A stretch of DNA of 31,450 nt, from NCBI GenBank assembly GCA_965602895.1, contig CBFDAY010000001.1, positions 1 to 31,450 on the forward strand, read 5' to 3'. Positions 10,606 to 18,276 of the stretch are shown in pieces (positions within the stretch are counted from its first letter, which is position 1; every line of letters starts with the position of its first letter). Source of the stretch: an uncultured bacterium (GTDB lineage: Bacteria; Abyssobacteria; SURF-5). Under the pieces are notes generated by a model. It ran no database searches, had not been told where the DNA came from, and saw nothing but the letters and a program-made list of their open reading frames with translations. The position numbers and the translations under genes were made by a program.

Positions 10606-11232
10606 ATGGCTCGTTATACCGGCTCTGTTTGCAAGCTGTGCAGACGCGAGGGTGTCGAACTTTTCCTGAAGGGCGAAAGGTGCCTTACGTCGAAATGCGG
10701 CGTGAAAAAGAGAAACTATGCCCCGGGAGTGCACGGCAGGCGGAGAGTGAAACATTCCGACTACGGCGACCAGCTTCGGGAAAAGCAGAAGATGAAACGC
10801 ATGTACGGGCTGATGGAGCGTCAGTTCAGGAACTATTTCGTGATCGCCGCAAGAAGCCCGATGGTTACCGGAGAAAAACTCATTCAACTGCTGGAAGGGC
10901 GACTCGACAACATCGTTTATCGTATGGGGTTTACCGGCTCGCGTGCCCAGGCCAGGCAGCTCGTCTCGCACGCGCATGCGAGAGTGAACGGCAAAAAGGT
11001 CAACCTGCCCTCCTACCAGGTCAAGCCGGGAGACGAAATTTCCATCAGGGAAAAGAGCCGGAAAATGCACTTGCTACTCGTGAATCTCGACGCCCAGATG
11101 CAGCGAGGCCTGCCGCAGTGGGTCGAGGTGGACCAGGAGAAAATGGTCGGCAAGCTGCTTCGGCTGCCCACCGGTGAAGAGGCGGCCCTGCCGGTTCAGG
11201 AAAAGCTTGTTATTGAGCTCTATTCCCGTTAA
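10606..11232 (+). CDS. rpsD: 30S ribosomal protein S4 (Cys-containing N-terminus)
   Basis: MARYTGSVCKLCRREG...C...C, QLREKQK, LEGRLDNIVYR, VIELYSR. Confidence 0.98.
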   Translation: MARYTGSVCKLCRREGVELFLKGERCLTSKCGVKKRNYAPGVHGRRRVKHSDYGDQLREKQKMKRMYGLMERQFRNYFVIAARSPMVTGEKLIQLLEGRLDNIVYRMGFTGSRAQARQLVSHAHARVNGKKVNLPSYQVKPGDEISIREKSRKMHLLLVNLDAQMQRGLPQWVEVDQEKMVGKLLRLPTGEEAALPVQEKLVIELYSR

Positions 11233-11268
11233 GGCTGAAACTTTTACTTCTTGGGGGCTCAGACGCGT

Positions 11269-12255
11269 ATGAACAGAATTCTCGAAATGCCCAAATGGGA
11301 AAAAGACGAAGATGTTTCGACTGAAGTCTACGGCAGGTTCGTGATCGAACCGCTCGAACGGGGTTTCGGCGCGACCGTCGGCAACTCCTTGAGGCGGGTG
11401 CTGCTTTCCTCCCTCGAAGGAGACGCCATCACTTCGGTGCGCATCGAGGGCGTTCAGCACGAGTTCGGGGCCATCCCCGGCGTCGTCGAAGACGTCGCGG
11501 AGGTTGTGCTTAACCTGAAGTCGATCAGGCTCAGGCTGCACGGCACAAAAGAAACAAAGACCGTCCAGATCACGGCCTCCGGAAAGAAAACCATCGCCGC
11601 CGGTGCGCTCGCCACCGACGAGGAGATCGAGGTCCTCAATCCGGAGCAGCATCTGCTCACGCTGAACCAGGGCGCCAAACTCTCGATGGAAATCGAAATC
11701 GGGCGCGGCAGGGGTTATGTGTCCGCCGAGCAAAACAAGCGCGACGACCAGCCTATCGGCACTGTTTGCCTCGACGCGGTTTTCTCGCCCGTCGAAAAAG
11801 TGAACTTCATCGTGGAGAACGCGCGCGTCGGACAGACGACCGATTACAACCGCCTGAAACTCGAAATCTGGACCAACGGGGGAATACTCCCCGAGGACGC
11901 CCTCGCGTCCGCCGCGAAGATCCTGATCAGACACTTCAACATTTTTGTCAAGGCCGAGGCCGACGAAGAATACGCCAGGGCCGCTCGCAGCGAGGAGACG
12001 GAGGAGGTTCGCAAGTATCTCGATAAGACCGTCAACGAACTCGAGCTATCGGTCAGGGCCGCCAATTGCCTCAGGGCGGCCGACATCGTAAATATCTGCG
12101 ACCTCGTGCAGAAAACCGAGGCCGAGATGCTCAAATATCGCAACTTCGGCAAGAAATCGCTCGAAGAGATCAAGAACGTGCTCAAGAACATGGGCCTCGA
12201 TTTCGGCATGGATCTAAGCGGATACCAAATCGGTGCGGACAAAGAAGGGCATTAG
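11269..12255 (+). CDS. rpoA: DNA-directed RNA polymerase subunit alpha
   Basis: EPLERGFGATVGNSLRRVLLSS, VENARVGQTTDY, LELSVRAANCL, NFGKKSLEEI; start could be 11251 (TTG) or 11269 (ATG). Confidence 0.98.
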   Translation: MNRILEMPKWEKDEDVSTEVYGRFVIEPLERGFGATVGNSLRRVLLSSLEGDAITSVRIEGVQHEFGAIPGVVEDVAEVVLNLKSIRLRLHGTKETKTVQITASGKKTIAAGALATDEEIEVLNPEQHLLTLNQGAKLSMEIEIGRGRGYVSAEQNKRDDQPIGTVCLDAVFSPVEKVNFIVENARVGQTTDYNRLKLEIWTNGGILPEDALASAAKILIRHFNIFVKAEADEEYARAARSEETEEVRKYLDKTVNELELSVRAANCLRAADIVNICDLVQKTEAEMLKYRNFGKKSLEEIKNVLKNMGLDFGMDLSGYQIGADKEGH

Positions 12256-12335
12256 AAAGTCGCCCGGCGGCGCGGCGTCTGCCGGCCGAATCCGGACTCC
12301 GGACCGCCGCGCATGTGCAGGAAGGCTAGGAACGC

Positions 12336-12689
12336 ATGAGACACAGGAAGAAAAAAGGAAAGCTCGGCCGCACCAGCTCTCACAGGGAGGCGCTGCTTGC
12401 CAACCTGGCCGTGGCATTCATAACTCATGGCCGCATCAAGACCACCCTTGCAAAGACAAAGGTCCTGAGGCCGGTCGTGGAAAAGCTCATCACCCTCGGT
12501 AAGAGGCAGGATATAAGCGCGCGCCGCCAGGCGGCGGCGATCCTCAAAGACAAAGACGCCGTCAAAAAGCTCTTCTCAGAGGTCGGCCCGAAGTTCGACG
12601 AGCGCAACGGCGGATACACCCGCATAATACGCCTCGGCCCGCGCGCCGGCGACGGAGCGCCGATGGCTATTATCGAGATGGTCTCCTGA
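12336..12689 (+). CDS. rplQ: 50S ribosomal protein L17
   Basis: [48 protein letters not shown]. Confidence 0.98.
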   Translation: MRHRKKKGKLGRTSSHREALLANLAVAFITHGRIKTTLAKTKVLRPVVEKLITLGKRQDISARRQAAAILKDKDAVKKLFSEVGPKFDERNGGYTRIIRLGPRAGDGAPMAIIEMVS

Positions 12690-12719
12690 GCCCGGTATAA
12701 CAATTCAATGTAAGCCCGT

Positions 12720-12746
12720 GCCCCGCATTCGCGGGGCCTTTTCTTT
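12720..12746 (+). terminator. Rho-independent terminator closing the ribosomal superoperon
   Basis: Stem GCCCCGC-attc-GCGGGGC followed by CTTTTCTTT, 30 nt after the rplQ stop. Confidence 0.85.
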
Positions 12747-12897
12747 GTCTTAGGGCGCGCAGCCAAAAATCGGCCACATTCCCCGATGGGCGGATCTTTC
12801 GCGCCGATCGCGCCCAAAGACGCGGCAAAGCCGCCCGCGGAGCCGCTCATCTCGCGCAGACCCGCGCAAAATCCCCTAAAAAGTCTTTCATGACCTG

Positions 12898-12926
12898 TTG
12901 AATCGGGAATCGACTTATGTTACAAT
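12898..12926 (+). promoter_or_regulatory. Sigma70-type promoter for the Nudix gene
   Basis: TTGAAT (12898-12903), 17-nt spacer, then TACAAT (12921-12926) preceded by TGn (extended -10). Confidence 0.7.
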
Positions 12927-12936
12927 CTGCGCAACG

Positions 12937-13491
12937 ATGTATGTCAGCGAAAAGACGATAAAGCAGTTGGAGGGCGAATACGGCGAGCCCGAGGTCATGC
13001 ATCTGCGCCAGGAGATGATATGGCCGGAGTTCGAGCTGCTCGTCAACAGCATGAAGCACGACCGCGCTCACGATGTCACGATGTTCATATTCAACGGCTC
13101 CTCCATCGTCGCGATACGCAAGCATATGCATCCCGAAGGCGTCTACAGGGCGCCGAGCGGCGGCTTGAGGCCGGGCGAGGACTTCGTGGAAGGCGCTCTG
13201 CGCGAGGCGCATGAAGAAACCGGAGCGGTCGTAGAACTACAGAGATACATTCTGCGTGTCCACGTTGTCTTCACATACGAGGGCCGCGAAATTCCGTGGA
13301 CCTCCCATGTTTTCACCGCAAAATACGTCTCCGGCAGGCTCAGACCCATCGACACGAAGGAAATCGCCGAGGTAAAACAGGTCTCCCTCGAAGAGTTGCA
13401 GGGCAAGATAAGAGACAATTTGCTTGCGACCGGCTCCGGAGGCCTCGCGTACAGGGTCGCGCTGACCGACAAGGTAGTCGAGCTGCTCTGA
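12937..13491 (+). CDS. Nudix hydrolase, substrate unknown
   Basis: Nudix box GGLRPGEDFVEGALREAHEETG (GX5EX7REXXEEXG); ATG 12937 preferred because the track's TTG 12898 is the -35 box. Confidence 0.9.
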   Translation: MYVSEKTIKQLEGEYGEPEVMHLRQEMIWPEFELLVNSMKHDRAHDVTMFIFNGSSIVAIRKHMHPEGVYRAPSGGLRPGEDFVEGALREAHEETGAVVELQRYILRVHVVFTYEGREIPWTSHVFTAKYVSGRLRPIDTKEIAEVKQVSLEELQGKIRDNLLATGSGGLAYRVALTDKVVELL

Positions 13492-13517
13492 TTCCCGCGC
13501 GTCGCCGGACGCGGCGC

Positions 13518-13543
13518 CCCGCATGCTTCCCCCGCATGCTTCC
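13518..13543. repeat. 13-bp direct tandem repeat (2 copies)
   Basis: CCCGCATGCTTCC at 13518-13530 and 13531-13543. Confidence 0.85.
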
Positions 13544-13702
13544 ATTGACCGAAAAAGCCGGAGAACCTCGAAGTCGACCGATCGCCCGGGTGTCCGGGCA
13601 AACTAGCGGGATCGGGCGGGGTACGGCATAATAAAGATTGATTCTCCCTGTCCGAAAGTACTGCCCAATGCAAAAGCCCGACTACTTGATCGGGACCCGA
13701 AT

Positions 13703-14176
13703 ATGGATCTGAGCGAAAAAATCTCCAAGCAGGTTCTCACCACGAAGATCGAAGATCTCGTCAGATGGTCGCGCAAGCACTCGCTCTGGCCGATGCCGTT
13801 CGGCACCGCCTGCTGCGCGATCGAAATGATGGCCGTTCTCGCGTCCAGATACGATCTCGCCCGCTTCGGCGCCGAGGCGATCCGTTTTTCCCCCAGACAA
13901 TCCGACCTCATGATAGTCGGCGGAAGGGTCTGCATAAAGATGATGCCGGTCCTCCAAAGGATCTATCTGCAGATGCCCGAGCCCAAGTGGGTGATCGCGA
14001 TGGGCGCGTGCGCGAGCAGCGGAGGCGTGTTCGACACCTACAGCGTGATCCAGGGCGTCGACAATTTCATGCCGGTCGACGTCTACATTCCCGGTTGTCC
14101 GCCGCGCCCCGAGGCCGTCATCGAGGCGGTCATGCTGATCCAGGAACGGATATCGAAAGAGCGACAGGAAATATAA
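13703..14176 (+). CDS. nuoB: NADH-quinone oxidoreductase subunit B
   Basis: [37 protein letters not shown] (cluster N2 ligands). Confidence 0.97.
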   Translation: MDLSEKISKQVLTTKIEDLVRWSRKHSLWPMPFGTACCAIEMMAVLASRYDLARFGAEAIRFSPRQSDLMIVGGRVCIKMMPVLQRIYLQMPEPKWVIAMGACASSGGVFDTYSVIQGVDNFMPVDVYIPGCPPRPEAVIEAVMLIQERISKERQEI

Positions 14177-14192
14177 GCGGAAAGAAAAGATA

Positions 14193-14777
14193 TTGGAAAT
14201 CTATCTCACGGCGAAGTCAGACAAAGAGATCGGCGAGCATCAGTCGCAAACCGCGGGCCGGCTTCGCGCCCGCTTCCCCGACGCCGTTTTGGACCATTCG
14301 GAGTTTCGCGGCGAGATGACAGTCGTGGTCAAGAGCGAGTCCATATTTGAGATTACAGGGTTTCTCCGCGACACGCCCGAGCTGCTCTACAGGCACCTCG
14401 CCGACATCACATGCGTCGACTGCCTGCATCTCGGGACAGAGCGCGGGCGGTTCGCCGTCGTGTACCACTTCTATTCGTTCAAGCATGGAGGCCGAGTCCG
14501 CCTCAAATGTTTTCTGCCCGAAGATGGGCCGCAGATAGACTCGCTCGTGCCGCTGTGGCAAGCCGCCAATTGGCTCGAGCGCGAAGTGTTCGACATGTTC
14601 GGAGTGGTATTCCGCAATCATCCCGACCTCCGAAGAATACTCATGCCCGAGGACTCCCGGCACTTCCCGCTTCGCAAGGACTATCCGCTCACGGGCAGGG
14701 GCGAAAGGGAATCATTTCCCTACGTCACGCGGGACGGCCGGATCATCGAGAAATCTCGTTCGAAAAGGGCAAGGTGA
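14193..14777 (+). CDS. nuoC: NADH-quinone oxidoreductase subunit C
   Basis: ANWLEREVFDMFGVVFRNHPDLRRILMP...PLRKDYPL; TTG start. Confidence 0.96.
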   Translation: MEIYLTAKSDKEIGEHQSQTAGRLRARFPDAVLDHSEFRGEMTVVVKSESIFEITGFLRDTPELLYRHLADITCVDCLHLGTERGRFAVVYHFYSFKHGGRVRLKCFLPEDGPQIDSLVPLWQAANWLEREVFDMFGVVFRNHPDLRRILMPEDSRHFPLRKDYPLTGRGERESFPYVTRDGRIIEKSRSKRAR

Positions 14778-14782
14778 GGCAC

Positions 14783-15997
14783 ATGGCCGGAGCCCGCACG
14801 ATAGACCTGCCCGTGAGCGCATTCAGGGGCATGACTCTCAACTTCGGCCCTCAGCACCCGGCCACCCACGGCACGCTGCGGATCAAAATGGAGCTTGACG
14901 GCGAAATCGTCGCCAAGGCCACTCCTTACATCGGCTTTCTTCACAGCGGTTTCGAAAAGCTCGGGGAGCGCCTCGACTTCAACCAGTACGTAACCGTGGC
15001 CGACCGAATGAACTACATGTCGGCGCTCTGCAACGACATTGCCTGGCATCTGGCGGTGGAGAAACTCTTCGGCGTCGAGGCGCCCAGGCGCTGTCAGTAT
15101 ATCCGTGTCGCGCTCGCCGAGTTGAGCCGGATTTCGGACCACCTGGTTTTTCTCGGCACCCACGCGCTCGACCTCGGTGCGTTCACGGCGTTCCTGTGGT
15201 GCTTCCGCGAGCGCGAGAAGCTGTATGACATCATCGAGATGACGACGGGCGGCCGCATGACCACGAGTTACACTCGCGCCGGCGGGCTGTGGGCGGACAT
15301 ACCGAAGGGGTTCGAAGAAAGAGCGATGGCGTTCTGCAAGCAGTTCCCCGACCGATTGCGCGAGGTCGAGGACCTGCTCACGCGCAACCGCATCTGGATC
15401 GACAGGACGAAAGGTGTCGGCGTCATATCGGGCGAAGACGCCGTGAGTTACGGGCTTACGGGCCCTTGCCTCCGCGCGTCGGGTGTCGTCTGGGACATCC
15501 GCAAGGCCGAGCCGTACAGCTCCTACGAGGACTTCGAGTTCGAGATTCCATACGGCGAGAACGGCGACGTCTATGACCGCTACCTCATGCGGCTCGAGGA
15601 GATGAAGCAGAGCGTGCGAATCACCGAACAGGCCATCAATAAAATGCCGTCGGGCCCGGTCAATGTGGATCAGTCGGCAAAGATATGCTTGCCCCCCAAG
15701 GAAAAGGTCCACACCGAGATGGAATCGCTCATCCACCATTTCGAATTCATCATGCCCGATACGGGGCCCAGATTGCCCGCCGGGGAAGTCTACGTGCCCA
15801 CCGAGTCGCCCAACGGCGAACTCGGCTACTATATAGTCGGCGACGGCAAGAGCAAAAACGCGTATCGCGCCCGCACGCGGCCGCCGTCTTTCGTCAATTT
15901 CCAGGCGTTCTCAAAAATGGTCGAGGGCAGCCTCGTGGCTGACGCCGTGGCGGTTCTGGGCAGCCTCAATATCATCGCCGCCGAACTCGACAGGTGA
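14783..15997 (+). CDS. nuoD: NADH-quinone oxidoreductase subunit D
   Basis: NFGPQHPATHGTLR, DRMNY, ESPNGELG, RPPSF, ELDR C-terminus; no NiFe-binding CxxC; ATG 14783. Confidence 0.97.
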   Translation: MAGARTIDLPVSAFRGMTLNFGPQHPATHGTLRIKMELDGEIVAKATPYIGFLHSGFEKLGERLDFNQYVTVADRMNYMSALCNDIAWHLAVEKLFGVEAPRRCQYIRVALAELSRISDHLVFLGTHALDLGAFTAFLWCFREREKLYDIIEMTTGGRMTTSYTRAGGLWADIPKGFEERAMAFCKQFPDRLREVEDLLTRNRIWIDRTKGVGVISGEDAVSYGLTGPCLRASGVVWDIRKAEPYSSYEDFEFEIPYGENGDVYDRYLMRLEEMKQSVRITEQAINKMPSGPVNVDQSAKICLPPKEKVHTEMESLIHHFEFIMPDTGPRLPAGEVYVPTESPNGELGYYIVGDGKSKNAYRARTRPPSFVNFQAFSKMVEGSLVADAVAVLGSLNIIAAELDR

Positions 15998-16019
15998 GAT
16001 CGAGAGAAGGAACGAGAAT

Positions 16020-16529
16020 ATGGCGTGGCCGTCAAAGGAAACCGACACAAAGCCCAGGCCCCAAGAGCTGCCGGAGGATTTGCTGGTCGAGATCGAAGAT
16101 CTCGTGAGGCGCTATCCCAACAGGCGCGCGGCCCTTATTCCGGCGCTGCGCGCGTGTCAGGACCGTTTCGGCTTTGTCTCCGCCGGCACGATGCTCGCGC
16201 TCGCCGACCATCTCGGGCTTTCGCCGAGCCTCGTGGCCGATACTCTGTCGTTTTACTCGATGCTTCGAACCGAACCCGTCGGGAAATACCACGTTGAGAT
16301 ATGCCAGACACTTTCCTGCGCGCTCTTGGGAGCCGATCTGCTGGCTGATTATCTAACCGAGAAGTTGGGCATAGCCTTCGGGGAGGTTGCTCCCGACGGC
16401 AGATTTTCTCTCGGTAAGGTCGAGTGCATCGGCGCATGCGAGCAGGCGCCGGCGATGCTGGTAAACAACGAGCTTTACGGAAACCTGGACAAGAACCGAA
16501 TAGACGCTATTCTCGACGGGCTGCGGTGA
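16020..16529 (+). CDS. nuoE: NADH-quinone oxidoreductase subunit E
   Basis: [2Fe-2S] N1a ligands CQTLSC...CIGAC; SFYSML. Confidence 0.95.
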   Translation: MAWPSKETDTKPRPQELPEDLLVEIEDLVRRYPNRRAALIPALRACQDRFGFVSAGTMLALADHLGLSPSLVADTLSFYSMLRTEPVGKYHVEICQTLSCALLGADLLADYLTEKLGIAFGEVAPDGRFSLGKVECIGACEQAPAMLVNNELYGNLDKNRIDAILDGLR

Positions 16530-16596
16530 GGGTGGGCCCTGTGGGTTTTCTTAGGCCGACGCCGTAGCGGAAGCTCACACAAGGAATTCTGTCGCC

Positions 16597-16962
16597 ATGC
16601 TGAGAGATTATATCCCGGTGCTCATGCTGTTTGTTATAGTGTTCGGCTTCGCCGCGTCCAGCCTCATCGTTACACATATTTTCGGACGGCGGAGGCGCGG
16701 TCACGTCAAGCTCGAGCCCTACGAGTCGGGCATGCCGCCCATCGGCGAGACGCTCGGGCGCGTCCCCGTCAAATACTACCTGTTCGCGATGTTCTTCATC
16801 ATATTCGACGTCGAAGTCGTCTTCTTGTATCCATGGGCGGTCATCTTCAAAGACTCCATCGAAGAGCATCCCTTCGTGCTCATCGAGATGTTTATATTCC
16901 TTATCGTGCTCATCGTAGGCCTGGCCTATATCTGGCTCAAGGGCGGTCTTGAATGGGAGTGA
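16597..16962 (+). CDS. nuoA: NADH-quinone oxidoreductase subunit A (relocated)
   Basis: KLEPYESGMPP, YYLFAMFFIIFDVEVVFLYPWA, KGGLEW. Confidence 0.97.
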   Translation: MLRDYIPVLMLFVIVFGFAASSLIVTHIFGRRRRGHVKLEPYESGMPPIGETLGRVPVKYYLFAMFFIIFDVEVVFLYPWAVIFKDSIEEHPFVLIEMFIFLIVLIVGLAYIWLKGGLEWE

Positions 16963-18266
16963 ACCCGGTGGAACCGGTACTGCTCAGAAATTGCGGCGTC
17001 GAGAACTCGACCGACATCGATGTATACATGGGGAAGGGCGGCTACGGGGCCGCGAAGAAAGCGCTGAACGACATGGCGCCCGAAGAGATCCAAGCAGAAG
17101 TCACGGCCGCCGTGCTGCGCGGCCGGGGCGGCGCCGGATTCCCCGCGGGCCTGAAATGGAAGTTCCTCGACCGGGATCCCGAGAGAACGCGCTACCTTTG
17201 CTGCAACGCCGACGAGAGCGAACCGGGCACTTTCAAGGACCGCGTGCTTATCGAGACCGATCCCCACCAGCTTATCGAGGGAATGATTATTTCGTGCTAC
17301 GCCCTCGACGCGCACACCGCATACATATACCTTCGCGGCGAATACGCAAACAGCCGCCGCACACTCGAAAAGGCCCTCGCCATGGCGCGAGAGCGCGGAT
17401 TCCTCGGCGAAAACATACTGGGGTCAGGCTTCGACGTCGAGATACATCTCCACACGGGCGCCGGCGCCTACATTTGCGGAGAAGAGTCGGCGATGCTCGA
17501 GTCGCTTGGCGGCGTCCGCGGCTGGCCGAGGCTGAAGCCGCCCTACCCGGCGACGCGCGGCGCGTTCTATGAGCCGACCGTCATCAACAACGTCGAGACC
17601 CTCTCGTGCATTCCTCACATCGTGTCTCGCGGGGCGGAGTGGTTCAAGAGCATGGGAAGCCAGAACAACTACGGGCCGAAGCTTTACTGCCTCAGCGGAC
17701 ATATCGAGAGGCCCGGCGTGTATGAATATCCCATGGGAGTGACGCTGAGAGAACTGATCTTCGAGGCCGGCGGAGGAATTCCTAACGGACGAAAGCTCAA
17801 GGCGATCCTGCCCGGCGGGGCTTCTTCCGCCGTGCTGACGCCGGAGGACCTCGACGTGCCGATGGATTTCGATTCGGTCTCCAAGGCGGGCAGCATGCTC
17901 GGCTCGGCGGGCATCATCGTCATGAACGACTCGACCTGCATGGTGAACGCCTGCTGGAACGCGGCCCGATTCTACGCGCACGAATCGTGCGGACAATGCA
18001 CGCCGTGCCGCGAGGGGACAAACTGGGCGGCGCGCATCCTTGGGCGCATCGAGCGAGGCGAGGGCAAACCTGACGACATCGACATGATATTGAAAATTTG
18101 CGACAACATGCTCGGTCGGACAATCTGCGCGCTCGCCGACGGCGCGGTCTTTCCGATACGCAGCATCCTGCTCAAGTTCCGCGACGAGTTCGAGCGACAC
18201 ATCAAGAGCGGCGCCTGCCCGTTCGGGACCGACAAGAAAATGCGGTTGCTGACCGCGAAGATATGA
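16953..18266 (+). CDS. nuoF: NADH-quinone oxidoreductase subunit F
   Basis: GRGGAGFPAGLKW, NADESEPGTFKDR, GAGAYICGEE, N3 ligands CGQCTPCREG...C; start may be 16953, 16959 or 16968. Confidence 0.97.
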   Translation: MGVNPVEPVLLRNCGVENSTDIDVYMGKGGYGAAKKALNDMAPEEIQAEVTAAVLRGRGGAGFPAGLKWKFLDRDPERTRYLCCNADESEPGTFKDRVLIETDPHQLIEGMIISCYALDAHTAYIYLRGEYANSRRTLEKALAMARERGFLGENILGSGFDVEIHLHTGAGAYICGEESAMLESLGGVRGWPRLKPPYPATRGAFYEPTVINNVETLSCIPHIVSRGAEWFKSMGSQNNYGPKLYCLSGHIERPGVYEYPMGVTLRELIFEAGGGIPNGRKLKAILPGGASSAVLTPEDLDVPMDFDSVSKAGSMLGSAGIIVMNDSTCMVNACWNAARFYAHESCGQCTPCREGTNWAARILGRIERGEGKPDDIDMILKICDNMLGRTICALADGAVFPIRSILLKFRDEFERHIKSGACPFGTDKKMRLLTAKI

Positions 18267-18276
18267 GGGAGCCGGA

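Noticed and set aside
14720-15739. Other long antisense or alternate-frame ORFs (e.g. 14720-15739, 17424-18365, 19884-20975, 23774-24640, 29358-30500)
   Set aside because: All lie within strongly supported genes on the opposite strand and lack motifs; expected shadows at this GC content
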